Origin: Carcharhinus longimanus | Lineage: Eukaryota | Assembly: GCA_030264375.1 (NCBI GenBank) | Contig: JASCQW010000119.1 | Coordinates: 43,419,116 to 43,483,115, forward strand | Direction: 5' to 3' | Length of the DNA: 64,000 nucleotides | Shown here: in pieces, positions 1 to 12,610 of the stretch | How the letters are laid out: the number at the start of each line of letters is the position of its first letter | How positions within the stretch are numbered: position 1 is the stretch's first letter | Notes under the pieces: generated by a model | Told to the model about the DNA's origin: nothing | Seen by the model: only the letters and a program-made list of their open reading frames with translations | The model's database searches: none | Translations under genes and position numbers: made by a program

Positions 1-140
1 CTTGGACGGGTTCATGGATGAGAGGGGTGTGGAGGGATATGGTCCAAGTGCAGGTCAGTGGGATTAGGCAAAAAATGATTCGGCACAGACAAGAAGGGCC
101 AAAAGACCTGTTTCTGAGCTGTAATTTTCTATGGTTTCTA
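1..140 (+). mobile_element. CR1-type (HER1-like) LINE 3' tail fragment
   Basis: ...gggccaaaagacctgtttctgagctgtaattttctatggtttcta has the typical CR1 3' stem plus ttcta-type terminal repeat; similar tails occur at 16170-16205 and 55715-55748. Confidence 0.65.
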
Positions 141-212
141 AATGCAATTATTGGAAACGTGCTCCTGATCTGGAATAATTATAAATCACTTCAATTGGAC
201 TACTATTGATAA

Positions 213-540
213 AGCAGGTAGCACTGCTGCCCCACAGCTCTAGGGACCTGGGTTCAATTCCGGCCTCGGGTCATTGTCTGCTTGGGGTTTGCACTTTCTC
301 CCTGTATCTGTGTGGGATTCCTCCGGGTGCTCTGGTTTCTTCCCACAGTTCAAAGATGTGCGGGTTAGGTTGATTGGCCATGATAAATTGACCCAGTATC
401 GGGGGATTAGCAGGATAAATGCTTGGGGTTATGGAATAGGGCCTGTGTGAGGTTATGGGAATATGGTGTGGATGGGATTGTGGTCAGTAAGCTTGGCAGG
501 CCGAATGACCTCCTCCTGTACCATATGGATTCTATGAAAG
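213..540 (+). mobile_element. tRNA-derived V-SINE (HE1-like) with CR1-type tail
   Basis: Head tagcactgctgcc..cacagc..gggacctgggttcaattcc (B box), V-domain tgtgtggg..tcctccgggtgctctggtttc, tail ggccgaatgacctcct...gattctatg. Confidence 0.85.
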
Positions 541-654
541 TGTCAGATACTGTATGCCTACTAACTGCACCCTTGACTTCAATGATGTATGGACATATAT
601 ATCCAGGTTCCTCTCTACCTCCATCCCCTTTAAAGTTGCACCGTTTATATTATA

Positions 655-848
655 TTGGGTAGAAATTTTGTGTGACAACTATGGCATATTCCATGGCAGC
701 AGAGCCGGCTCACCAATGGCAGGATCTTCTGGCCCTGCCGCTGGCAACGGGATTCCACTATATGCAACACATGCTGCCAGGAAACCCGCATCGAGGTTTC
801 ACTGTTGGCGGTACCAGAAGATTCTACTGGTAGGAAAATTCCAGCCTA
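655..848. mobile_element. Degenerate MITE-like element
   Basis: Imperfect terminal inverted repeats gggtagaaatttt ... aaaattccagcc; similar termini at 39250-39523, 40660-40786 and 13680-13970. Confidence 0.4.
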
Positions 849-905
849 CCTGTGCCTCTGTGTTCTTCCTACCAAAATGATTCAGTTCACATTTTTCAGT
901 TCGCA

Positions 906-2194
906 TTTTCTCAGCTAGTAACTAGAAATTTGAACTTCTTTTAAATTATTGGTCTGGACGGCAAATGTAATACACAATGTAGTGTTTCTTGAAGCATCTG
1001 TTGTATACGTCCAAGAGGCATGATCTTGAAATGGAAAAGTCAAAGCAACCTAGTTCTTCAAAAGCTTTGGGTAGCACAGTGATTAGCACTACTGCCTCAG
1101 TGCCAGGGACCCAAGTTCAATTCTGGCCTTGAGTGATTGTTTCTCGCTTTGAATTTCCTCTGCCACTATTCCACCCAGTCTAACTTGTCTATGAAGCTTT
1201 GAAATTCTACACTACCTGCCTCACAGTTCACATGCTTCCAAGTTATGCATCATCCTCAGATTATAAAATTGTGCCCGGTGCAGCAAAGACATACATCGTT
1301 AATATCTATCAGGATGAGAAAGGGTTCCCATAATACTGGCCCTTAGGAAACTCCACTACAAATCTTCCTGTAGTTGAAAAACCCCATTAACCACTATTCT
1401 GTTACTTGTCATTCAGCCAAGTGGAAGAACGGTTCACATGTGCCACCTGTCCTGCTGTTTTACAATGGCACTCAGTTATTATGGTTGTACATTTTTGCCA
1501 CATAACAAGTGTCATAACAACCTTAAACTAAGCTCAAAATACATACCATGTAGTTTGCAATTGATTTCATTAAAAGTAAAATATACTCAAATATTAAATT
1601 GATGAGCTCAAAAATCAGACCAGATTTTTCTGAAAAATAAATAGCATGTTAATGACAGTTATTAATGTTCAAATCAGCTAGGGACTTGTGATAAGGAGAA
1701 ATACTGCAAATTGCCAAATATCACATTTTTCTGGTCTGTGAAACTAGCTGACAAAAATAGCATTGTGCCCTGAACATTATCATGATTTTCACTTGCACGT
1801 CAAAGCCTACTAAGTCATGAATATCAAATAGCAGTTGTATAGTGAACAGAGAAATAAAACTGCTTGACTTTGCAAACTATCACAGGTGAATCCAGGAGGG
1901 AGATGGTCTCTAGGCAAAGAAAGGCATCATTTATTACAATATGTGTGAAATATGAAATCTTGACGTGGCGTTTTCTCAGCTAGTAACCAGAAATTTGAAC
2001 TTCTTTTAAATTATTGGTCTGGATGGCAAATGTAATACACAATGTAATGTTTCTTGAAGCATCTGTTGTATACGTGCAAGAGGCATGACCTTGAAATGGA
2101 AAAGTCAAAGCAACTTGGTTCTTCAAAAGCTTTGGGTAGCACAGTGATTAGCACTACTGCCTCAGTGCCAGGGACCCAAGTTCAATTCTGGCCT
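906..2194 (+). repeat. Direct duplication of 224 bp (906-1129 and 1971-2194)
   Basis: Two copies offset by 1065 bp with about 7 substitutions; each ends in a truncated SINE head; the second runs into an N gap. Confidence 0.95.
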
Positions 2195-3071
2195 NNNNNN
2201 NNNNNNNNNNNNNNNNNNNNNNNNNNNNNNNNNNNNNNNNNNNNNNNNNNNNNNNNNNNNNNNNNNNNNNNNNNNNNNNNNNNNNNNNNNNNNNNNNNNN
2301 NNNNNNNNNNNNNNNNNNNNNNNNNNNNNNNNNNNNNNNNNNNNNNNNNNNNNNNNNNNNNNNNNNNNNNNNNNNNNNNNNNNNNNNNNNNNNNNNNNNN
2401 NNNNNNNNNNNNNNNNNNNNNNNNNNNNNNNNNNNNNNNNNNNNNNNNNNNNNNNNNNNNNNNNNNNNNNNNNNNNNNNNNNNNNNNNNNNNNNNNNNNN
2501 NNNNNNNNNNNNNNNNNNNNNNNNNNNNNNNNNNNNNNNNNNNNNNNNNNNNNNNNNNNNNNNNNNNNNNNNNNNNNNNNNNNNNNNNNNNNNNNNTGAG
2601 TGGAGATAGCATTAAGCATAGGTTAAAGAGATGTGTATTGTCTCCAGACAGGACAGTAAGTGAGATGTTGCAACCCCAGGCAAGTCATGGGGTTACAGAT
2701 AGTGTGACATGAACCCAAGATCCTGGCTGAGGCCATCCTCATGTTTGCGGAACTTGGCTATCGATTTCTGCTCAGAGACTCTGCACTGTCGTATGTCATG
2801 AAGGCCGCCTTGGAGAACATTTACTTGAAGATCAGAGGCCGAATGCCCATGACCGCTGAAGTGTCCGCAAAACAGTGGGCCAGAGTAATGTGCTTTTTCA
2901 AACAGCTGGTGCAGAATCAATGGCCCAAATGGTCTCTCTCTGCACTGTAGGAATTCTATGAGATAACCAAAAATGGCTGAGAGCAAAATATGACTGATAT
3001 TTGGTTGCACCAAAATAATGCATCACTGACCAGATATACTACCTCCACTTATACTACCTATGGGCGACAAG

Positions 3072-3380
3072 GGAGCACAATGGTTAGCACTGCTGCTTCA
3101 CAGCTCCTGGCTTGGGTCACAGTCTGTGTGGAGTTTGCACATTCCTCACGTCTGCATGGGTTTTCTCCAGGTGCTCAGATTCCCTCCCACAGTCCAAAGA
3201 TATGCAGATTAGGTTGATTGGCCATGCTAAAATTGCCCCTTTGTGTCCCGAGATGCATAGCTTAGAGGGATTAGTGGGTAAATATGTAGGGATATGGGAG
3301 TAGGGCCTGGGTGGGCTTGTGGTTGGTGCAGACTCCATGGGCCAAATAGCCTCCTTCTGTACTGAAAGGTTTCTATGACT
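3072..3380 (+). mobile_element. V-SINE (HE1-like) with CR1-type tail
   Basis: tggttagcactgctgcttcacagc...gggtcacagtctgtgtggagtttgcacattc...ttaggttgattggccatgctaaaattgcccc...gggccaaatagcctccttctgtactg. Confidence 0.85.
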
Positions 3381-3629
3381 CCACTATGCATCAATCCTGA
3401 AACATGTGAAAAAGACTGAAGTGACATAACAATTTTCAACATTCCTTTTCCTCATGTATAGCCACCGTATAATTTTACGCAACACAGAATTGTACATGGT
3501 GCATTTTGTACACTAACAAATTAAAAAGTTCTTCTGTAATCAATCCCTAACAAGTGACCATATAATGACTTCTATTACCCAAAGTCACTATATTTTACAA
3601 TTGAAAATGAGGAGGAGTTTGGAAATGAA

Positions 3630-3762
3630 GCAAATACACACGACTGTTTTTTTAAGCAACGGAAACACATTTATTTTACAACTGCAAATCAAATAAATTA
3701 CCAATGATTTTCAGCAATACAGTACATAAATAACCATGCTAAAACAAGCATTACAGTTTATT
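3630..3762 (-). terminator. Candidate polyadenylation signals of DNAJC5
   Basis: Plus-strand tttatt at 3670-3675 and 3757-3762 = AATAAA on minus. The distal one is followed on minus by a GT/T-rich tract (gtgtgtatttgctt) and has nearby TGTA motifs upstream. Confidence 0.55.
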
Positions 3763-6184
3763 TTATGTACAGGAGTCCATGGGCATCAAGTCCTGTAGTT
3801 AACATAACCACATCTACTTACATACAGTTTCAACTATGGTCCTTTAAGAATAAACCAAAACAGTTGCATAACGATGGCTTATTCTGATTTTACACCAATA
3901 ATTTGAATTTTAAGGAACTTGTCAAATTTCAAATACAGTTTACACAATGCATTCTGGCTTTACATTTTTTCTCTGCAGCCACATCCGACAACATCTGGGA
4001 CAATTTGTAACTCTGTTATTCCTGTACCATACACGAGAGCAGTGTGCAAATAAATAATGATGGCATCATTAGTTTTAAATTCAGGTGGCTTATATTTAAA
4101 AAAAAGAGCTTGTTTGATCACTGACAACAGACATTTACTGAATGATAAAACACACATCTCTTCTGTATTTGCAAATTTCAGCACTATTATGTTACAAAAG
4201 AAGTACATAAGATATCTCGATTTTACCTCAGACAAACTAAATTACATCCTTGGTCTGTGAAACTGATATTTAGTCACAACACATTCACTATGTTTTACAA
4301 CTTTAAACTTTAAATCCTAATTTGGAGAACAAATGTTTCATTGAATTAATTGATGCGGAGCAGAGAGGAAGCAATAATAGGCAAAAGACTTTCATCCTTC
4401 AACAGAAATAGAAACAGACTAGAATGTTTGTTTCACTAACAAATTTTGCTTTTCTTCAGCAATCCAAAACCTAATAATGTTATAAAACAGGGCAATTATC
4501 TGGCACCGTTGACTGATGACTATGTTTACAAAAACCCTAATGCTAATTTTATGTGAATTTCAGTAATGTAAAATCACCAGTGGTCACTAAATTAAAATTA
4601 TCCCCTATATTGTAACATTTACTGATGGATAATTGATCAAATAAAAGCAGACTGCAAACTAATTTTAACAGTCCTGAAGGTTTGAATTTTTAGGAAACTA
4701 AATGGTTTTCTACAGCTTGCTAATTACATACTGTCAGCCACTAAGTGTATCTAACAATCATAGAAACATCCAAGTAGCAAGAAAGACGAATACAAAACTA
4801 TATTCAGCACTTGACCTCTTCATTCAGAGGCTGTTCACCAAGTCCTTGGAAATGCATTAACTGTATTGCAAGACACCATCATTTAAACTTCCAGACTAAT
4901 GAACATGAAAAAATTAAGTTCTGTATCCCATCATTTAGTTCTGTGATACTTAAAGTTGTCAAAAACTTTTATTCTTTTAATTCACACTAAATGCTAAATA
5001 TAAACTTCTATGCATGACATGAAAATAACCATATATATATGTATAAACACAAAATAATTTACAAGATAGACTATTAAAAAATCAATTACTCCTATATTCT
5101 ATGTGCATCTGAAAATGAATCATTACAGAAGAAAGCAATTAAAATTTGCCACAACGGTATTACATTTCCACATATTACTGTAGCAGATGTATTACTATGA
5201 CAACCAACTAGACTGAAGCCACTTAACTTACATGTTAACGTAAATGAAGCAAACCATGCTGGTAATGATAGTTCACTTTGAATATTTTAAAATCAATGAT
5301 GAAGTTTTCACAAGCTATTTAATTTAACATTACCAGTTTTAATCACGTCTTGACAAAAGTCAGAACCAGAAGGAATGCACACTAAACTGTGGAGACAGGG
5401 TGACCTAGGAACAATGCTTTCATAATTCTATGGTCATGGCTTTGAAGGCTCACACTGGTGGGTGGATGAGGCTGTAAACTGTAATGGGGATATCTTTAGT
5501 CAGTTGCCATGCCTCAATTATTTCAACAGTGCATTCTGAAGCATAGGAAAGTGGGACTATCTTGTACCATAACAAGAGCCAGCAGATTTAAAGGTTTTTT
5601 TAAGATTGCAGCTTCAATATTTTTTTCAATTGGTATGATAAACAAACAGAAATTGAGAACATATGAAGGGATAGGGAAAAAATTTGGAACGCATGCTACA
5701 TGCACATAAAACACTTTCAAACCGCGAGATGAGTGAATGATTCAGGAGGGCTGAACTAGGCTAATAATTCTCTCAGTTATATCAGTTATGTGAACATCAA
5801 CAAATTCCATTTGGTCCAATGCTATCCATGTTTAATTGCAACAACTTGATTTACAGATACACCAATCTATGTTGGACAGGTGTTCTGGGTCTATCAAGAA
5901 ATTTGGTTGGCTAGATCAGCTGATTGTAAATTAATATGCATATTTTCATTAGTCCATTGAAGAACTTCACTGAATTAATGATAATAGTTAAAAGTCAATA
6001 TGGTACTTAAGGTGTCAACCCTGCAAAAAAATTTAGACAGTTAACATAGGAAGCTTATTCATGGAAATCTATTTCTAATCTCATGGTTTATATGCTGACA
6101 AAGGTACAAAAGTATTAGAATAACCAATTCTTATAAGCTTATGGAAGCAATGGCATCACTGAACACAGTTAAAAGATGAACACA

Positions 6185-6475
6185 CAACTTGCATTTAGTG
6201 TTTTTTTTATGACCACTGGATGTCTCAAAGTACTTCACAGTGAACAAATACTTCAAGTATAGTCGCTGTTGCAAGGTTGGAAACACAGCAGCCAATCTGC
6301 ATTCAGCAAACCCTCACAAACAACAAAGTGATAATGGTCGGATAATCTGATTTTGTAAGGCTTATTTAGGGATAAATATCATTCAGAACAAAGAATAATT
6401 CTCTTGCCCTTTTCCAAAACAGTGTCCTGGGATCTTTCACAGCCACTTGAGTAGGCAGATGGAGCTCTGGTTTAA
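6185..6475 (-). mobile_element. DeuSINE (SacSINE1/AmnSINE-like) relic inside the putative DNAJC5 3'UTR
   Basis: Reverse complement has gatcccaggacactg..gaaaagggcaagagaattattc..atatttatccct..cagattatccgaccattatcac..gattggctgctgtgtttcc..cagcgactatacttgaag..aaatgcaagt, the Deu-domain and tail pattern. Confidence 0.7.
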
Positions 6476-6573
6476 ATAGGCAATTTGGATACAAGGTGAA
6501 ACATTCAAGGGCTAATGAGATACATAGAGGCGTAAATTAAAATGCAGGAACTCAATGCATCCCATACAGGAAC

Positions 6574-6615
6574 AAAATTAGTATATTTTAAAGGAAAATT
6601 AGTATATTTTAAAGG
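6574..6615. repeat. Perfect 21-bp tandem duplication (aaaattagtatattttaaagg x2)
   Basis: Read directly from the sequence. Confidence 0.95.
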
Positions 6616-7089
6616 AAAGTAACATTAGCAATATAATGAACATTAAATACTAATGTTGCTTTCCATCTGTAAAGTTATGACACCAAGATCACAAACAGTG
6701 ACACAAAGTGACTGCAGCCTAGGTACACTACGATTATGATATAACTCTTATGACTTCAGAAATGAGTAGGTGGAAAAATATTTAGAATGTCTAGAGCCTT
6801 CAAAAATATGATTGTTTCTACAACTCAAACTCAATGCTCCTCTGCCAGCATCTCTCATTTTTATTCCACACTGTTTACACAGTGTTAATCTTAGCACAAA
6901 ATATGATTTTTTCTATAGTAACTTTATATCCTATATAGATTAAAAACTAAACAAGGAACAAATATCCAGTGCCGCAATGGACTGAATCATCATCCAAACT
7001 GAATTAGTCACTTGAATGAATTCCTTCATTGATATTGAAATAAGTTTATTTTAATTAAGTTTAAAAAAACTTTTGCCCCCTTCCCTCCT

Positions 7090-7362
7090 TGGGAGTGGCA
7101 CAGTGGTTAGCACTGCTGCCTCATATCACCAGGGACCCAGGTTCAATTCCTGCTTGGGTCACTGTCAGTGTGGTGTTTGCACATTCTCCGTGTCTGTGTG
7201 GGTTTCCTCCAGGTGCTCCGGTTTNNNNNNNNNNCCCCTTGATGTGAGTGGGACTAGCTAGGGTAAATGCATGGTGTTATGGGGATAGGGTGGGATTGTA
7301 GTCAGTGCAGGCTTGATGAGTCAAGTGGCCTCCTTCTGCTCTGTAGGATTCTGTGATTCTAA
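7090..7362 (+). mobile_element. V-SINE (HE1-like), interrupted by a 10-N gap
   Basis: ggcacagtggttagcactgctgcctca...ggttcaattcc...gggtttcctccaggtgctccggttt...ggcctccttctgctctgtaggattctgtgattct. Confidence 0.85.
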
Positions 7363-9945
7363 ATGATTGCCAACATTGTTAAGATTACTAACTGAAGGTG
7401 TATTTAATTCATTAAAGTCAAAAATTAAATGCATTAGCTTTCTTATTTTGTTTCCCATTGAAGTAAAGTTGGGGAATGAAGTATTACTGAATAGGGATGC
7501 AATGGAACTTATTCATGTTGCAACAGTGCTCTCTCTCTCTCCTAAAATCAAATACTTCGATGTGACAATGGTGAAGGAGCCAATTTTAAATGTAATAATT
7601 TATACAGAGGACTGTAAAGTCTAATATTAATATATTGGTCACAACACACAAAGGATTTGGTGGTATATAGGACTATGTGTAGGTATAAAAGAACTGCACA
7701 GCTCATCAGACAAGTTAACACAACAAAGCAGCTTCATAGCCTTACAGAAAACTATTTAAGCTTCCTTCTATCATTTATTTAAATCCAGCCTCTTGAATAC
7801 AACCATCTATCATTTCTGCATTAAGTATGACAAAAGTTTCAATTCAGGCAGCCACCCAATTTACAAAGAAACAAACGCAAGAAAATGGAAGCTGGATTTC
7901 AAATAAAGCACAAGGAGAAAAGAAATGCAGATGACAGCTATTTTGTAGATCTTGCCCAGAGCTAAACACACTTGGTCCATTTGAAAATTACAATAAATAG
8001 ATACAAAATCAATGCCACCATGCAAAAGCTATAAGCAAAGTGCAGCTTTCCTTCACTTCAGCTTCACTTCATAATTTTCCATCTCGGACACTCAGTATTA
8101 GCAAAAAGTACTCCCAGCTCTCTCGCTACCATTATGACAATAAGTCTCAGCCTTTTCACAAGAGCATCATCTTCAGTGTTAATTTGACAATTATTCATTT
8201 CCAACATCAGCTACACAGTGATCCAAATGACACTGCCAATTCATTCCTTGCTGGCATTGAATTCCAGGCAGTTTTGTGAGACCAGGCCCCTCAGAACTGG
8301 GCTGAGTACACCCAGGTTCACTTCACTTAGGTTTGTATAGCCAGTGGGCAATGACAAGTTTTCTCCTCAACAGCCTGAACAAAATTCAAATCTAGGTTTG
8401 GGAAATGAGTGACAGCATTTTTAAACATTTTATGAAAAGTCTCAACAATTCTTGGAGAAAATAGCATTAATGTTCAATAAAATGTTGGGTTAGTTCTGGA
8501 CTCCGCCCAGCAATTTGCTGCAGCTGCAATCATACATGATCTGCTGTTAAAATACAATAAATTGACTACTTTTAAAAATCTTGAACTTCATAAGGGAAGG
8601 CTCATAAATATTTGAGACCTAAACCAGAAGTCTTTACACTTTTATAAACTAAGTGATAAATTAGTAGAGAAATAATTTTACTTGTTGCCAAAGGTCATCC
8701 TTTAAATATATATGACCATCAAATCGTACCACAATTCAACTGGAAATGTATATTTCAAGTTTAGTTTTCAAACCAACATATTCCAAAAGTCAAAACGAAA
8801 AAAGGGGAAAGGATTTTTCTAAATAATCATCCAGAGCAAGAACTTAGATCAAATAATTTAGCTTCGAGACAGAATGTGCTGTAATGCTATACATCAGGAA
8901 TTCTAAGCACGTCAGATGTGCAAATGTAATTCTTGTGTACTGTTGTTTAGCATTCTATTATCTTCTTCAATGAAGCAAGGGATCCACACAGAAAAAAGTG
9001 CATGTAGGAATCATTTTACAGAAATACTAATGACTTAAAATTTTTTAAAAAGTAAACAATTTATTCTTAAAATTTAACCCAAATCTGCTCTACTCATTGC
9101 ACACAATTGGTTGCACTGGTTCACTGATGCAGCCTGATATTTTTTCAGGAGTGCAGTAGAAATATTAAAAAGTTTCCTTTCAAAAACAGTTCTCATTCTC
9201 GTGTGTAGGGTTTTTTGTAGCAGAGCGACTGAATGAGTCCATACTTTCCAGCAAAGCTACTGAATGAAGTATGACATGAAACTGCCAGATACACAATTGA
9301 AAAATACCATTATACTAACTCTGGACGTTAGCATTATTTTCAGCCTCAAAATTCAAGCTGCAGCTGATACTTTAGAAACTTAAAAAAAAATTCTTTAGAC
9401 AGCTAGATAGCATACCAATTCCTGTTGCAAATAAATGATAGCTAGATAACAAAACTCCTTGAATCTTAAGCACAAAATGTGTCATAATGGCAAAGACAAT
9501 TATTGGCCATATTTACCCACACCCCAAAAATAAAAAGCATTATAAAAACTCATGATTGGCAATAAGCTACAAAACCTAATGGAAGGAAGGGACAGTGTTG
9601 TGTCTGTGGATTTCTAGCTGTTTCTATTTTGGTTGCTTATGTGCACTGGTTCTACTGTAAGTCGACATTGAGATATCAGCCCATACGCACCTTACAATAC
9701 GCAACTCAAATAAAGTGTTAAAATGTCTTAAAATACTGCTTGCTACAGTATTTTGTTATGAAGGTAACATACAGTGGCAAAGGCAAGATAAAGGGAAGGT
9801 GGTCTCTTCAATGTTGGTGGCTGCTCTCATCTCGGCAGACAATCTTGTGAAAATTCTTTCCCTATCTATAGCTTTAACTATCCCAGTGTTGAAATGAATT
9901 TTAAATATAATTTTTAATTACAAGAGCAAACTTGGTTTAATGAAA

Positions 9946-10037
9946 TCATTCAGTGTGATAGCTGGGGTGACTGTCACTAGTCAGCTGGGTCGTTTCTGTG
10001 GCCGACGTGGGTTGCACCACAATTGCTCCATCTCCCT
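9946..10037 (-). CDS. DNAJC5: DNAJC5 last coding exon (C-terminal domain, stop TGA at 9948-9946)
   Basis: tttttttttacag|AG GGA GAT... = (E)[29 protein letters not shown]; 92 nt. Total CDS 107+214+175+92 = 588 nt = 195 aa plus stop. Confidence 0.96.
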
Positions 10038-11539
10038 CTGTAAAAAAAAAGAACAATGTTCTAGAAACATGTCATTTTTAAACTAATTTCAAAGGCAGCA
10101 TTATTTCTCCATCTTTTATGCATCCTCAACCAAAATAATGCTATTTTCTGTAGGGATATGTGCGAGTGTCATTCACTGAAATGTAGTTTAGTTTAGGGAC
10201 TCAGGTTTTCAACTTAAACAGCTTATTTGAATGTATTTGAAACAAAAAGAATAAAACAAAAAAAAAAGAATAGGGTCATCTTTTGGTTTGTTGATCTCCA
10301 CAAGAATCATAACAGAAGGCAATGCATAAGCTACATGGAAATCACAAATGTACCCACTTCCCTGAATGATATGCCAATATTTTCAGTCTTTCCTGGCTTT
10401 GACATTGAGCCAGGTCACTTAACACCAAACGACGGCTGTTGCTCTATCGATCCTCATTTTTTAAAATTTAAGACATTTCAATTTTTATTTACAAAATAAT
10501 TACTATCTGCAGAAATCATATTTTGACAATTTGATACAATCTGTTTTTTGGTTGTATGGAAAGAAAGTGCCACTATGGATATCGATTTATCAAAAGAATT
10601 CTTCCAGACATTTCAATGCACACCTGCAATTAGATCCATGTTATAAAATTTATCACCTGTAAAGATGAATTTTCAAAACAGGTACATGATTATGACTTTC
10701 CAGTCTCTATTCATCAAGATCCTGAATGCCTTTTCATGGCCAGATGTATAAAATGATCAGTTTATACATTAGGCTTCACTGCAAATATGTTTTATACAGA
10801 TAACAGATGTGGAATGACACTAACTACCAGACTCAAATGTTCATGAATGACTGCTCAAGAGACAGCAGCTGCAAAGATACTGTGACATGCACTCATCCAA
10901 CTGTTCAGTCTGCCTGCCCATTTCAAAATACTAGCCAACATTTGAGAGATTAGTTCTGGGGGTAAAAAAAAGTACACGCTGCAAACAGTGGAATAGTTTC
11001 CATGTTCTATGCATGAATTATGACAATTTTAATTGAGGCATTTGATTTGTTTTTAAATGGAGTTATCAACAACATATTTCTGTTCTTCCCCAACTATTTC
11101 TAAAATGTAAAACATGGGAATGATTAGATTAGATAAATACAACTGCAAAGAGGTGCCAAGTTCTAAGTTCCATGGTTGGCAAGTTGCAGTATATTGTTGA
11201 AAAATCGACAGGACACTGGTACGGTATTTGGGCACTAATAATTAAATTCCAACATTAAAGACGTTGAGGGATTGATTTCTGGACATGTATTTATGCCAAC
11301 CATAAATTAACTCTAAAATCAATTAAGCCACCATAGTATCAGCAGTTTGCATCATGAAATCAGCTTTCTAATATTTAAAATTTTCACAGCATTTTTTTTT
11401 AAGCAAAGATCGTACTTCGGGATCTTTCCCAAATTTATGGCCAATTTATTAAATAACAAGCTGATCTGCCTTCTTTGTGCTCGTTGACACTACTTTCTTT
11501 TACATTCCCAAGTTGTGACTTATTTTACAGGTCCAGGCA

Positions 11540-11648
11540 CACCAAATATGAAGCCAGAGACAGAAAAGCTCAACAGGTCTGGCAGCGTCCGTGGAGAGAG
11601 AAAAACAGAGTTAATGTTTCGAGTCCACATGACTCTCCTTCAAAGCAT
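11540..11648 (-). mobile_element. Penelope pseudo-LTR-derived short repeat with degenerate hammerhead core
   Basis: caggtctggcagcgtccgtggagagagaaaaacagagttaatgtttcGAGTCcacatGACTC; same family as 19420, 40225, 58195, 61940 and 62423. Confidence 0.65.
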
Positions 11649-12610
11649 GGCTTGAGCATCATTATGCAGCTTCTAGGCTATGATGATCACCATGGGTCAT
11701 CGTTCACTATGTTCCTTGACTTACTGACAGATGGGATTGGTGCAAATCACATTTTTCTTTCTCTGATTTCTCAGAACTTCGCAACATACTTCATGCAATT
11801 ACTATGAAGTGCATACACTGTTGCTAATGAGGTGAATTTAGCAGCCATTTAGCACACAGTATTTAATTCTAATTATTTTGGCTGTGGGAAAATGTGGCCA
11901 AGATAGAAAACTCACTATTCAGTTTCCTATTTCTATTATGTTTTTCTACATCAAAAGGTGCTGTGTAAATGCATATTGCTGAAGTTCTTAAAATTTGTTT
12001 CAAGGAATTGTTGCAACAAAACATTTTCTCTGATCATTTCAGTAGTAACTGAGGTAGTGTTGTGAGCTATGTGAAGATGTTGGCAAATGTTCATCTAAAG
12101 AATGCATTCTTCTTCCTCCTCCTTGAGGAATCATGCCCTCAGAGGGCACTGCCAATCATGGACCGCCAACGGATTGGTCCATGATTATGCTTGGCAAAGT
12201 ACTGCAGTGCTTTGAAAGCCTGAAGTGGAATCTGAATCAGAGCTTCTGGCCCAAAGGTAGGGATGCTACCACTTTACCAAAAGACCCCTCGCAAATAATG
12301 AATTCACACAATTTGAAAGAAAGTGCACTCCCAGGTCCTACCAAGGCAATTGTAGAATTCATAACTGGGATAAACATAAGGTGCTTATAAAGGTATATAT
12401 TCATTTAAAATAATGTACATTTTCTATTCAGGGTCTGTTTATTATCCAAAGCAAAATCTCCATTAGCTACAATGCCATTTACCTTTCCAATTATTCACGA
12501 AGCTAGTTAAATGCTTTGACAGATGTAGTAGTTGTGGCACTTTTAAAATATTGCTTAATGTTTTTAATATCAGCAAGACTGACATCAAGCATCTAACTCA
12601 CACTACTTAC

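Larger units (their letters stand above)
3650..9945 (-). other. DNAJC5: Probable long 3'UTR of DNAJC5
   Basis: AU-rich, mostly repeat-poor sequence downstream of the stop, running to AATAAA signals at ~3.7 kb, beyond which repeat density rises. Proximal AATAAA sites also exist (e.g. ~7045, ~9060), so the true end is inferred. Confidence 0.55.

Noticed and set aside
2054-2619. Long ORFs in the track spanning N runs (also 30502-31089 and 60230-60864)
   Set aside because: Their length comes from untranslatable N gaps, not from coding sequence.
3960-4260. Overlapping 91-aa and 67-aa ORFs
   Set aside because: No recognisable protein similarity or splice support; AT-rich putative UTR.
9946-9948. 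TGA as selenocysteine in DNAJC5
   Set aside because: The aligned residue in mammals is Gly, not Cys; no SECIS element recognised; CSP is not a known selenoprotein.
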